The notes beneath the pieces are model-generated. The model did not search any database, was not told where the DNA came from, and worked only from the letters and a program-made list of their open reading frames with translations. A DNA stretch of 64,000 nt from Patescibacteria group bacterium. Lineage in GTDB: Bacteria; Patescibacteriota; WWE3; UBA101185; UBA10185. This document shows positions 34,631 to 44,247 of this stretch, one piece after another. The position numbers were made by a program, and so were the translations under genes. Every line of letters starts with the position of its first letter. Positions within the stretch are counted from its first letter, which is position 1. The stretch is from the NCBI GenBank assembly GCA_049322215.1, contig JBMORU010000001.1, forward strand, positions 65,357 through 129,356, given 5' to 3'.

Positions 34631-35182
34631 ATGAGTAACGAAGCAAGTTTCGCTAAAACAAATAAAGTTCAGTTACTTCTATCAGCCACACTAGTAGTGG
34701 TTTTAATAGCATTAAGAGTAGAAAGAGATGCGCTACAAATAGCTTTAGTGATTTTAGGTAGTTTTTTTGGAACTTACTTGCTTAAACTCGACTATTTAAT
34801 ACACGCTTACTTTGTTGAACCTGATTCTGACTTTTCTAAAACCCTGTTAGCATTTTTAAAGCACTTTGATTTGATAGGGGCTTTAAAGTATGCGTACTAC
34901 AACGGAGATAGCGTAAAAGAAAAAACGTTAAACAGTGTACAGTTTCAAGTAATTCTAATACCGTTAACAGTTTTTGTACTATCTTCAACAACAAGCGTAT
35001 TTTTTAAAGCACTAGTATTATCAACTTTACTTAATTCCTTATACTTGCTTGTGGAACACTTTTTTAATAATGATTTAAACGAATGGTTTTGGGCCTTAAA
35101 AAATAAACCAAACAAAAGAACATTTTATATATACTCAGGAATGCTAGTTTTAGTGTTTCTGTTCTGCCTAAGTATGTTTTAA
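34631..35182 (+). CDS. Hypothetical membrane protein
   Basis: 183 aa with several TM segments; lies in an operon. Confidence 0.7.
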   Translation: MSNEASFAKTNKVQLLLSATLVVVLIALRVERDALQIALVILGSFFGTYLLKLDYLIHAYFVEPDSDFSKTLLAFLKHFDLIGALKYAYYNGDSVKEKTLNSVQFQVILIPLTVFVLSSTTSVFFKALVLSTLLNSLYLLVEHFFNNDLNEWFWALKNKPNKRTFYIYSGMLVLVFLFCLSMF

Positions 35183-35187
35183 AACAT

Positions 35188-36273
35188 ATGTATGGAGCAA
35201 TAATCTCTTTAGCAATAGCAATAAGTGTTTACGTCGCAGAAAAGTATTTTCTGCGAAAAAAAATGTCCCCTGAAATAATGTGGGAAGGATTGTTTTGGGG
35301 CATATTAACAGGTTTAGTTGGTGCCCGATTATTTCACGTAATAAGTTTATGGTCTTTTTACGAAGTAAACCCTACCTTAATTATTCAGTTTTGGCAGGGT
35401 GGCCTAAATATATTTGGCGGAATTTTAGGATTTTTAGTAGCTATTTCACTTTATTTAAAAAGTAAAAAGCAAAAGGTTTTACCCTGGTTAGATGTAGCAG
35501 CACAAGTAACACCTTTAGGTCAGGCTTTGGGTAGATGGGCAAACTATATTAATAAAGAAATTTATGGCCCCGAAACAAACCTGCCTTGGGGAATAAACAT
35601 TAACGGCTATAAACATCACCCACTTTTTCTATACGAAATGATACTAGATTTATGGCTATTTTCCTTGCTTATTTTAATAAAAACCAAAGTTAAAAAAGTA
35701 AAGAAAGGCACATTTTTGTATGTATATTTGGCAGGATACTCCACAATTAGAATTCTTCTTGAAGATTTCAGACTGCAAAAATGGGAATGGAGAAGCCTAA
35801 ATATTACAAATACAATTGCTCTTGTATTAATTGTATATGCTGGAACAATGTTGTTTAAAATATATAGAAAAAGACTCAATGTAAAGCTTATATTTAAAGC
35901 TCTAGCAACCACAGGAATTATAATTTCTTTATATCTAACTTATACAAAAATAAGTGGCGTTGAACCCTTATGCGGAGTGGGAACTTGCGAAATAGTTCAA
36001 AATAGTAGATACGCAACAATGCTTGGAATTCCAACAGCACTATACGGAGTGTTTTACTACATTGTTTTTTATATTTTGGCAGAAAAAAGCTTAAACAAAC
36101 AATTGTCCCTACTAATTCTTGTGGGACTTATCTTTTCAGCCTACTTAGCTTATTTAGAACTGTTTATTATTAATGCTTTCTGTAAATGGTGTGTAGGCTC
36201 TTTATTAGTAATACTATTAGCTTCGGGAATTCAGTACATAAGAATTAAGTATGATAATATTCATAACAGATGA
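35188..36273 (+). CDS. lgt: Prolipoprotein diacylglyceryl transferase fused to a C-terminal VKOR domain
   Basis: GARLFHV, WQGGL, GQALGRWANYINKE, HPLFLYE, then CGVGTCEIVQNSRYA and CKWC. Confidence 0.82.
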   Translation: MYGAIISLAIAISVYVAEKYFLRKKMSPEIMWEGLFWGILTGLVGARLFHVISLWSFYEVNPTLIIQFWQGGLNIFGGILGFLVAISLYLKSKKQKVLPWLDVAAQVTPLGQALGRWANYINKEIYGPETNLPWGININGYKHHPLFLYEMILDLWLFSLLILIKTKVKKVKKGTFLYVYLAGYSTIRILLEDFRLQKWEWRSLNITNTIALVLIVYAGTMLFKIYRKRLNVKLIFKALATTGIIISLYLTYTKISGVEPLCGVGTCEIVQNSRYATMLGIPTALYGVFYYIVFYILAEKSLNKQLSLLILVGLIFSAYLAYLELFIINAFCKWCVGSLLVILLASGIQYIRIKYDNIHNR

Positions 36274-36719
36274 TAATTTATATTGCCTCTGATCATGGAG
36301 GATTTGATTTAAAAACAGAACTTGTACCCCACTTAAAATCTTCAGGCCATGAAGTTATAGACATGGGACCATTAGAACTCCAACCAGAAGATGATTATCC
36401 TGATTACATTGTTCCAGCAATAAACAAAATAAAAGAAAATCTAAGTAGCGAAGTCAGAGGAATTTTATTGTGTAGAAACGGTGTGGGTGTAAGTATGCTT
36501 GCTAATAAATACATTGGAATTCGATGTGCATTATCGTGGACAGAAGATCACGCAAAAACAACAAGAACAGATGATGATACTAATGTATTAGCACTACCCG
36601 CTGACTATATAAACACTAAACAGGCGCAACAAATAACTGATACCTGGTTAAACACTCCTTTCAGTGGCGAGGAAAGACATATACGAAGATTGAGCAAGTT
36701 CAGCACAATTGGAGAATAA
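36270..36719 (+). CDS. rpiB: Ribose-5-phosphate isomerase B
   Basis: ASDHGG, DDYPD, GILLCRNGVG, RHIRR. Confidence 0.93.
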   Translation: MIIYIASDHGGFDLKTELVPHLKSSGHEVIDMGPLELQPEDDYPDYIVPAINKIKENLSSEVRGILLCRNGVGVSMLANKYIGIRCALSWTEDHAKTTRTDDDTNVLALPADYINTKQAQQITDTWLNTPFSGEERHIRRLSKFSTIGE

Positions 36720-37346
36720 ATGATCATACCAGGAATATTAGAAAGTGAGTTTTCTGAGGTAGTGAAAAAAGTAAACTCACTTCAAAACAAAGCATCTTTA
36801 ATTCATATAGATATAATTGATGGAATTTTACTCCCTACAAAAACTTTTTTAGACTTAGGTGATATAGAAAAAGAGTTGTTTAATCAACAAATAGAGCTAC
36901 ATTTAATGGTTACAGATGCTTATAACTATGCGGCGAAAAAATTGCTAAATGTAGTAAGCATTTGTGCACAGCTCGAAGGGTTAAATATTGATAAATTTAT
37001 CAAAAGTTCTAAAGAAAACGGCTATAAAACCGGACTATCTATTTCACCCAACACGCCAATAGCCGATTTAAAACCATATCTAAATTCAATTGACTTTGTT
37101 CAATTTATGACCGTAGAACCCGGAGCCCAGGGTAAACCCTTTAGAAAAGATGTTATAAATAAAATCGAAAAATTTAAAGCATCGTCAGACATTAGGATTC
37201 AAGTAGATGGGGGCATTGATGAGGAAAAAGTAAAGTTTTTTAAAGCTTTAGGAATTAAAAACATTGTAGTGGGTTCAAAAATATTTAACCAAAATAATCC
37301 AATGACAGCTTACAAAAATTTAGTTAAAGTACTAGAAGATGCCTAA
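36720..37346 (+). CDS. rpe: Ribulose-phosphate 3-epimerase
   Basis: HIDIIDG, ELHLM, MTVEPGAQG, VDGGI. Confidence 0.88.
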   Translation: MIIPGILESEFSEVVKKVNSLQNKASLIHIDIIDGILLPTKTFLDLGDIEKELFNQQIELHLMVTDAYNYAAKKLLNVVSICAQLEGLNIDKFIKSSKENGYKTGLSISPNTPIADLKPYLNSIDFVQFMTVEPGAQGKPFRKDVINKIEKFKASSDIRIQVDGGIDEEKVKFFKALGIKNIVVGSKIFNQNNPMTAYKNLVKVLEDA

Positions 37347-37360
37347 TTACAGGAGAAAAT

Positions 37361-37939
37361 ATGCAAAATAAATCATACAGCATTGCATTTTTAGGAGGAG
37401 CTGCCTGGCGTGAAGATGACGAACCCTACAAAGATGCGTTTAACGTAGCAAAAGCTGTTGCCGAGGCAGGCTTTCATGTGGTAAATGGGGGCGGTCCCGG
37501 TGTAATGAGAGCTTCTACAAAAGGGGCACATGCCGGAGGTTGCAATGACGTGTTAGCTATAACTTATCATCCAAACAAACCAAAAAGACACTATGAAGGT
37601 GTGGACCCAAAAAACGATTATGATTTTGAAGTAAAAACCCTAGACTACTTTGATAGAACCAAAGTAATGTTACAAACAACTGAAGCACACATTGTATTTA
37701 GAGGAAGTATCGGCACACTAAGTGAGTTTGGAATGACTTGGATAAGCTCATGGATACACGATCCTCACAATAAACCCATTATTTTATATGGGTCCTTTTG
37801 GGATGCATTGCTAGATACAATTGAATCAACTATGAAAATAGACTTAGGAGAAAGAAATATGTTTGAGATATGCACTTCTCCAGAAGAGGTTGTTTCCTAC
37901 TTAAAACAAACGCTAACAAGCACAAGCACACTACTGTGA
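37361..37939 (+). CDS. LOG-family nucleotide-binding protein
   Basis: NGGGPGVM and GSIGTLSE motifs. Confidence 0.8.
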   Translation: MQNKSYSIAFLGGAAWREDDEPYKDAFNVAKAVAEAGFHVVNGGGPGVMRASTKGAHAGGCNDVLAITYHPNKPKRHYEGVDPKNDYDFEVKTLDYFDRTKVMLQTTEAHIVFRGSIGTLSEFGMTWISSWIHDPHNKPIILYGSFWDALLDTIESTMKIDLGERNMFEICTSPEEVVSYLKQTLTSTSTLL

Positions 37940-37987
37940 AAGCACTAAAAGTTGAAGTATAAAGGCATAAATCGTATACTCTTAACA

Positions 37988-38860
37988 ATGCCTAAGACTC
38001 ATATTCACGCGCACTATGAAGATATTCAACGATTAGAAGAAAAAGCACTAGAAGTGCGAAAATCAATAGTTGAAATGCTTGTAAAAGCAAAATCAGGACA
38101 CTCCGCAGGACCCTTAGGCATGGCTGATATTTTCACCACGCTATACTTTCAAGTTTTAAATATTGATCCAAAAAACCCACAAGATCCTGAAAGAGATAGA
38201 GTTATACTTTCTAACGGACATATTTGTCCAGTAATGTATGCCACATTAGCTCATAAAGGATTTTTTCCACTAGAAGAGCTTAATACTTTCAGAAAAATTA
38301 GTAGCAGACTACAAGGGCACCCTCACTATGGCGAACTACCTGGAATAGAAAATTCCAGCGGCCCGCTAGGACAAGGATTATCACAAGCGGTCGGAATAGC
38401 GCTTGCTGCAAGCATAAACGACGCGCATTACGAAGTTTTTTGCTTAGGAAGTGACGGCGAATTAAATGAAGGACAAACTTGGGAAGCAGCAATGTTTGCA
38501 GGCAATAACCATTTACACAATTTAACATGGATAATAGACAGAAATAATATTCAAATCGATGGTTACACTGAGCATGTTATGCCCTTACAACCTCTAAGAG
38601 ATAAACTTGAAGCTTTTAACTGGTACGTTTTAGAAATTGATGGACATAACATTGAAGAAATAATTAACGCTTGTAGAATGGCTAGGTCAGTATTTGAGAG
38701 ACCTGTTGCAATAATTGCACATACCATACCAGGCAAAGATTTAGAAACCATGGAGTATAAATTTGAATGGCACGGCAAGCCTCCAAGTTCTAAAGAAGCC
38801 AAAGAAATGCTGAAAGAACTTAGAACGCTTGGCGGAAAAATTAGGAGTGAACATGACTAA
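37988..38860 (+). CDS. Transketolase N-terminal subunit
   Basis: SGH, DRVILSNGH, LQGHP, GPLGQG, SDGELNEG; leaderless ATG 37988. Confidence 0.93.
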   Translation: MPKTHIHAHYEDIQRLEEKALEVRKSIVEMLVKAKSGHSAGPLGMADIFTTLYFQVLNIDPKNPQDPERDRVILSNGHICPVMYATLAHKGFFPLEELNTFRKISSRLQGHPHYGELPGIENSSGPLGQGLSQAVGIALAASINDAHYEVFCLGSDGELNEGQTWEAAMFAGNNHLHNLTWIIDRNNIQIDGYTEHVMPLQPLRDKLEAFNWYVLEIDGHNIEEIINACRMARSVFERPVAIIAHTIPGKDLETMEYKFEWHGKPPSSKEAKEMLKELRTLGGKIRSEHD

Positions 38861-39386
38861 AAACAAAAGTCTAAAACTAAATATAAGCATAATACCTGTG
38901 ATAATAATTTTACTAGTTATAGTGGGAGGCGTTTATTTTTTTAGTAAAGGAGAAATACCCTTTTTAGAAGAAGATGACGGAAAAATAGAAACCTCAAGGC
39001 TAGAAGGGTTTCCATTAATCGTAGATACCCCAAACATAGTAGATAAACAAAGAGCTATAATAACAAGCGAAGAAGAACTAAATGCCTTTTTAGAAACATT
39101 TGATACGTATAACTCAGTAGCAATACAAGAAAACATAGATTTTGAGAAAGACATGCTTATAGGTGTTTCTTCAAAAACTTTAGACACCTCCGGATACAGA
39201 CTTAAAATACAAAAAATCATTGAAGACCCTGAAAACGGAGGGCTACTTGTTTCTGCAGAATTAGAAGAACCAGGAGACACCTGTGAGGTAGAAGAATATC
39301 CAAATGTTGCCGTAGATATAATTAAAATGGAAAAAACCGACAAACCTATTGATTTTGAAAGATTCAAAAAGGAAGTTGAATGCTAA
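38853..39386 (+). CDS. Membrane-anchored protein with PrcB C-terminal-like domain
   Basis: N-terminal TM; IDFEKDM, SGYRLKIQKI, PGDTC...YP pattern. Confidence 0.55.
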   Translation: MTKNKSLKLNISIIPVIIILLVIVGGVYFFSKGEIPFLEEDDGKIETSRLEGFPLIVDTPNIVDKQRAIITSEEELNAFLETFDTYNSVAIQENIDFEKDMLIGVSSKTLDTSGYRLKIQKIIEDPENGGLLVSAELEEPGDTCEVEEYPNVAVDIIKMEKTDKPIDFERFKKEVEC

Positions 39387-40360
39387 ATACTGAACTTGGT
39401 CTGGTAGAAAACTTTTTAGACGAAAACGCTGAAAGTGCAGCTACCAGAGATGGGTTTGGAGAGGGGTTAGTATTAGCAGGAGATGAAAATGAAAACGTAG
39501 TAGCAGTTTGTGCAGATTTAACAGAATCAGTGCGAATTAATAAATTTGCAGAGAAATATCCAAACAGGTTTTTTCAAGTAGGTGTTGCAGAACAAAACCT
39601 TGCAGGAGTTTCTGCAGGACTCGCCTTAAACGGAAAAATACCTTTTGCGGGATCTTTTGCTGTTTTTAACCCCGGAAGAAACTGGGATCAAGTTAGAGTA
39701 TCTATAGCCTATACAAATGCAAACGTTAAAATTATTGGTAGTCATGCAGGATTTTCTAATGGCCCCGATGGGGCTACACATCAAGCTTTAGAAGATATAG
39801 CTCTAACTAGAGTTTTACCTAACTTTACCGTTTTAAGTCCATGCGATTCAGTAGAAGCAAAAAAAGCAACACAAGCTGCTGCAAAAATAAATGGGCCTGT
39901 GTATATAAGACTGGCCAGAAACAAAACCCCTATAATAACTACTGAAAATACACCATTTGAAATAGGAAAAGCTAATATATTTGTCAAAGGATCTGATTTA
40001 ACACTAATTTCTACCGGACCTATTATATTAGAGGCGTTAAAAGCTGCTAAAGAAGTAAAAAGCAAATACCAACTTTCTGTAGAGGTAATAAACTTACATA
40101 CTATTAAACCATTAGATGAAAAAACAGTTTTGGAATCTGTTAAAAAAACAGGAAAAGTTGTAACTGTAGAGGAACATCAAATTGCTGGCGGAATGGGAAG
40201 CGCAATTGCAGAACTGCTGTCAGAAAAGTTTCCAGTGCCAATAAAGCGTATTGGAGCACATGATACTTTTGGAGAATCTGGACTACCTGACCAGTTGTTA
40301 GAAAAGTACGAAATTAGCGCTCAGCATATTGAAATTGCTGTTAAAAACTTATGCCTTTAG
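39380..40360 (+). CDS. Transketolase C-terminal subunit
   Basis: ATRDGFG, GVAEQN, DGATHQ, TIKPLD, VEEH. Confidence 0.93.
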   Translation: MLNTELGLVENFLDENAESAATRDGFGEGLVLAGDENENVVAVCADLTESVRINKFAEKYPNRFFQVGVAEQNLAGVSAGLALNGKIPFAGSFAVFNPGRNWDQVRVSIAYTNANVKIIGSHAGFSNGPDGATHQALEDIALTRVLPNFTVLSPCDSVEAKKATQAAAKINGPVYIRLARNKTPIITTENTPFEIGKANIFVKGSDLTLISTGPIILEALKAAKEVKSKYQLSVEVINLHTIKPLDEKTVLESVKKTGKVVTVEEHQIAGGMGSAIAELLSEKFPVPIKRIGAHDTFGESGLPDQLLEKYEISAQHIEIAVKNLCL

Positions 40361-41325
40361 ATATTTTAACCATAGGCGATTGTTCTATAGACGAGTACAT
40401 GAAAGTTGATGAAGCTAGTGTAATTTGTGATATAGACCATAAAAACTGCAAAATCTGCTTTAACTATGCAGATAAAATTCCTGTAGAAGAATTTCATAGC
40501 TTCGTAGCAGGAAATGCCTGTAACACAGCAGTGAGTTTTACAGCCCAGGGTTTAAACGCAGCGGTATATACCGAACTTGGTGATGATCCCAACTCAGAGA
40601 AATTTTTACAAACATTTAAAGATTTAGGTATTTCCACAGAATTCTGCAGAAAAAACAAAGACGAAGAAACAGATGTGCACACCGTAATAATATACAAAGG
40701 TGAAAGAACAATACTTTCATATCATAACGTTAAAAAATATAAATTGCTAAATTGGCCAAAACCTAACTGGATTTACTACACTTCCCTATCTAAGGGATTT
40801 GAAACCTTTCAAGCCGACTTAGTGACATATTTAAAAGAAAACCCCGAAATTTTAGTTGCATTTAATCCTGGAACATTTCAATTTAAAGCTGGTGTAGAAA
40901 GTCTGTTAGATATTATGAAGGTTACAGACGTGCTTTTTGTAAATAAAGAAGAAGCTCAGGAACTGACAAATCTAAATACCAATGAAATCATTAAACTACA
41001 CAAAGCTTTGCAAAAACTAGGTTGTAAAATGACAGTAATAACTGACGGAAAAAACGGAGCCTCTGCGCACGACGGTAATAATGAATTCACAAAAGGTATA
41101 ATTAAAACCAAAGTAATAGATAAAACAGGCGCAGGAGATGCGTTTGCTGCAGGATTTATTTCAGCCATGTATTATGGTAAAAACGTACAAGAAGCACTAA
41201 AGTGGGGAGCTATAAATGCTGCAGGAGTAGTAACACGAGTAGGCGCTGTACGTGGGGTAAAAACACAAAAAGATATAGCAAATGTATTAAAGTCAAACCC
41301 CGAATTTAGTAATTATTCAATGTGA
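40351..41325 (+). CDS. PfkB-family carbohydrate kinase
   Basis: GNACNTA, NKEEA, DKTGAGDAF signature. Confidence 0.9.
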   Translation: MPLDILTIGDCSIDEYMKVDEASVICDIDHKNCKICFNYADKIPVEEFHSFVAGNACNTAVSFTAQGLNAAVYTELGDDPNSEKFLQTFKDLGISTEFCRKNKDEETDVHTVIIYKGERTILSYHNVKKYKLLNWPKPNWIYYTSLSKGFETFQADLVTYLKENPEILVAFNPGTFQFKAGVESLLDIMKVTDVLFVNKEEAQELTNLNTNEIIKLHKALQKLGCKMTVITDGKNGASAHDGNNEFTKGIIKTKVIDKTGAGDAFAAGFISAMYYGKNVQEALKWGAINAAGVVTRVGAVRGVKTQKDIANVLKSNPEFSNYSM

Positions 41326-41350
41326 TAAAATCATTGAAGGAGGAATATTT

Positions 41351-42406
41351 ATGGATTTTTTAAAAAGAAACTTTCCAGTACTGTTTTTACTGTCTATAAC
41401 AATATTAATTTTTGCTGGAATAATTATAGCTTCAAAAGATGAAACAAATACAGATGCACCTTCTTTAGAAGTTGCTAGTACATCAAAGTTGGTGCCTGCA
41501 CACGCCTACACCTTAGGTAACCCAGAGGCAGTAGTAACAATAGTAGAGTTTTCAGATTTTCAATGCCCCGCTTGTAAAACAGCAGCTCCTGTAGTTAAGA
41601 CACTTCTTAGAAAGTACGATGGCGATGTGAGACTAGTTTATCGTAACTTCCCTCTTCCACAACACAGAAACGCTGAAATGGCTGCAATAGCAGCACAAGC
41701 AGCAGGACAACAAGGAAAGTTTTGGGAATATCACGATGTTCTTTTTGCAAATCAGGACAAACTAAGAGAACAGGATCTTGTTAAATATGCAGACGATTTA
41801 GAGCTTGATGTAGCGCAATTTGAGCAAGATCTTAAAAATGAAATATTCGAAAACGTAATAGCTGAAGATATTAGAGATGCACGAGCTATAGGAGTTTCTT
41901 CCACACCTACTTTTTATGTAAACGGTGAAAAAGCAGAATTAAGAGCATTCACAGACCTAGAAACTTTAATAATTCAGGCTATTGAAAAAGCACGTACTGA
42001 TGAAAATTCTGATGAGGAAACAGAAGAATCCACAAGTACTACTTCTTTAGGACAACCATCGGTAGCTTCTGTAACTAAAGAATTAGGCCCCGCAGAAATT
42101 GATGCAGTGTTCGGCTCTGTAAATATATCCTTTTCGGAAAATACCGGATTTGAACCTGTAGAACCCTCGGTAATGCTGGGACAAAAGGTGGTTTGGACTA
42201 ACGCTAGCGACAAAACAATTACCTTAAAGCAAAATAAAGATTTATTTAGCGAGTTTGAGTCAACAATTCAAATTCCTGCAGGAGAAACCTTTGAATTTAG
42301 ACCATATACTAAAGATCTTTGGGTCTATGAAGAAGTTGAATCTGGGTTAAGGGGAAGCATGCTAATAAAAGATGCAATCGAATTCACAGTAGCGCCAAAT
42401 CAGTAA
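41351..42406 (+). CDS. DsbA-family thiol-disulfide oxidoreductase with C-terminal cupredoxin-like domain
   Basis: EFSDFQCPAC, FPLPQH, GVSSTPTF; C-terminal FEP..V..GQKVVWTN..IPAGETF. Confidence 0.85.
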   Translation: MDFLKRNFPVLFLLSITILIFAGIIIASKDETNTDAPSLEVASTSKLVPAHAYTLGNPEAVVTIVEFSDFQCPACKTAAPVVKTLLRKYDGDVRLVYRNFPLPQHRNAEMAAIAAQAAGQQGKFWEYHDVLFANQDKLREQDLVKYADDLELDVAQFEQDLKNEIFENVIAEDIRDARAIGVSSTPTFYVNGEKAELRAFTDLETLIIQAIEKARTDENSDEETEESTSTTSLGQPSVASVTKELGPAEIDAVFGSVNISFSENTGFEPVEPSVMLGQKVVWTNASDKTITLKQNKDLFSEFESTIQIPAGETFEFRPYTKDLWVYEEVESGLRGSMLIKDAIEFTVAPNQ

Positions 42407-42409
42407 TAA

Positions 42410-43063
42410 TCAGGCATCAAAACTAAACGCCGATGGGCAAATTTCATTTAACATACACTTAGCACACTCAGGTTTTCGTGCTTTACATACATAGCGCCCA
42501 TGTAATACCAGAGACCCAGAAAAGTTTCTCCAATACTCTTTAGGCAACAATTTTATTAGTTCATTTTCTATTTTTACGGCATTGGTCTCAGTAGTTAAAC
42601 CTAACCTATTAGACACACGCGTTACATGTGTATCAACAACTATTCCCTCTGCAATATCCCAAATTTCCTGCAAAATAACATTTGCAGTTTTTCTTGCTAC
42701 CCCAGGCAGTTTTATAAGCTCTTTAATAGTTCTTGGTAATTTGCCATTAAAGTCAGTTACCATCATTTGACCCATTTTAATTAATCTTTCTGCTTTCCCT
42801 TTATGAAAATTTACACCTTTTATATCGTTGGTAATTTCCTGTAAATCGGCGTTAGCAAAATCTTCCCATGTTTTGTATTTTTTAAATAAGGTAGAAGTTA
42901 TTTCGTTTACTTTTTTATCGGTTGTTTGAGCAGATAATGCAACAGCAACTGCAAGTTGCAATTCGTTTTCATGGTTTAACTCTGTAACAGGGTTAGGATG
43001 TTCTTTTTTTAATAATTGTGCAGCTTTTAAAGCTCTTTCGTTTTTTGATAAGTTTTCAGTCAT
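42410..43063 (-). CDS. nth: Endonuclease III
   Basis: LSAQTTD, LPGVARKTAN, VDTHV, C-x6-C-x2-C-x5-C cluster. Confidence 0.96.
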   Translation of the reverse strand: MTENLSKNERALKAAQLLKKEHPNPVTELNHENELQLAVAVALSAQTTDKKVNEITSTLFKKYKTWEDFANADLQEITNDIKGVNFHKGKAERLIKMGQMMVTDFNGKLPRTIKELIKLPGVARKTANVILQEIWDIAEGIVVDTHVTRVSNRLGLTTETNAVKIENELIKLLPKEYWRNFSGSLVLHGRYVCKARKPECAKCMLNEICPSAFSFDA

Positions 43064-43078
43064 GTTTGGATTATACAG

Positions 43079-43127
43079 AAAAAAAGAGCCAATATACTTG
43101 TGTGTTTAAAACAAGCATATCAGCTCT
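43079..43127 (-). terminator. Long hairpin terminator of orphan 43145-44176
   Basis: AGAGCTGATATGCTTGT...ACAAGTATATTGGCTCT (G:U pairs) plus a T-run. Confidence 0.75.
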
Positions 43128-43144
43128 GTAAGGTAGATTAAGCG

Positions 43145-44176
43145 TTATTCATTGGTTTCGTAAGGAACAACCTTAACCCAAATACGCGAATCCGGATTGG
43201 CAAAGTTTGTGAAAGGCACGGCGTTAACGTAGGTGGAACCGAGTTGCAATACATCTACAACGTTGCCCACATTCCCTGCATCGTCTGTATGAAAGCCGTA
43301 CACCGTAACCGCTAGTGCGTAACAACCGCCTTGAGGTTCAATGGCCTGCACGTTAATTTTGATGTTATCACTAGCTTCAGTTCCCCAGCGAATAGGGTTT
43401 GCAACAATTGGGTCAGAACTGAGCAAAGTAACACCAAAACCTAAACCACCCCAACTTGGCGAAATTGGCGAATGCGGATTATGCCAAGCCACCTTACCAT
43501 TAGGTACAATGCATGTTTCAGACATTGGAACCTCGGCAGGAGCCTCCGCATAGGAACATAAAGCGCTCGAACCAACAAAAAGCTCTTCTACGGTAGCTAC
43601 ATCTTCAAGAGACCAATCGTGGTATGTACGTGCTTCGGCAATCCAACCTGTAAGGGCAATACCGACGGCACCGGTGCCATTGATTTGGGTTTCTTCCGCG
43701 GTAATGTGTAGCATGCCGTCTACTGAGCGAGTCCACACGCGTACTTCTGCACCTTCGGGCACATAGTACTTAGTAGCATCATCGGTAGAAGCACCACACA
43801 CCGAACCATTGCGGCTGTGCGAAAGATAAACAACAGCATTTTCAGTAATTGTTGCAGTGTGCGTGGAAGTTATCACACTAGCAATAGAAACCCCATCAAG
43901 TTCGGTTAAATCCGTATCTTCTTCAGCGGTGGTTTCAGGCTCCGGAGTAACTTCAACAATACGCGTTACTTCTACTTCCTCATAAATTAGCGTAACGGGA
44001 ATTTCACCTTCTTCCGGGGCATCAATGACCACTCGCGTTACCTCAACTTGACGCACCACAACTGGCGCATTGGTTTTGGAAATTAAGGATAAACCTAAAA
44101 CCAAGTTCCCCAATAGCGAAACCATTAGCAACACCGCAAAAACCAGCGCAGCTGTTTTCCAATATTTAGTTTGCAT
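43145..44176 (-). CDS. Membrane-anchored orphan with VEVTR repeats and a possible SH3-like domain (self-contained unit)
   Basis: N-terminal TM, two VEVTR motifs, VPEGAEVRVWTRSVDG...TGWI; SD at 44187-44192. Confidence 0.7.
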   Translation of the reverse strand: MQTKYWKTAALVFAVLLMVSLLGNLVLGLSLISKTNAPVVVRQVEVTRVVIDAPEEGEIPVTLIYEEVEVTRIVEVTPEPETTAEEDTDLTELDGVSIASVITSTHTATITENAVVYLSHSRNGSVCGASTDDATKYYVPEGAEVRVWTRSVDGMLHITAEETQINGTGAVGIALTGWIAEARTYHDWSLEDVATVEELFVGSSALCSYAEAPAEVPMSETCIVPNGKVAWHNPHSPISPSWGGLGFGVTLLSSDPIVANPIRWGTEASDNIKINVQAIEPQGGCYALAVTVYGFHTDDAGNVGNVVDVLQLGSTYVNAVPFTNFANPDSRIWVKVVPYETNE

Positions 44177-44216
44177 TAGAAAATCTCTCCTTATGTGCTT
44201 ATTTGTTAATGGAAGG

Positions 44217-44237
44217 ATTATAACACACTATAGGGTC
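44217..44237 (-). promoter_or_regulatory. CCCTATAGT motif upstream of an extended -10
   Basis: Minus strand reads GACCCTATAGTGTGTTATAAT. Confidence 0.72.
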
Positions 44238-44247
44238 ATTTGGATGC

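Noticed and set aside
44216-44236. Resemblance of GATTATAACACACTATAGGG to the T7 promoter
   Set aside because: Only the CTATAGG core recurs at the other sites, the upstream specificity region is not conserved, it would point away from the genes, and no phage RNA polymerase is in the window.
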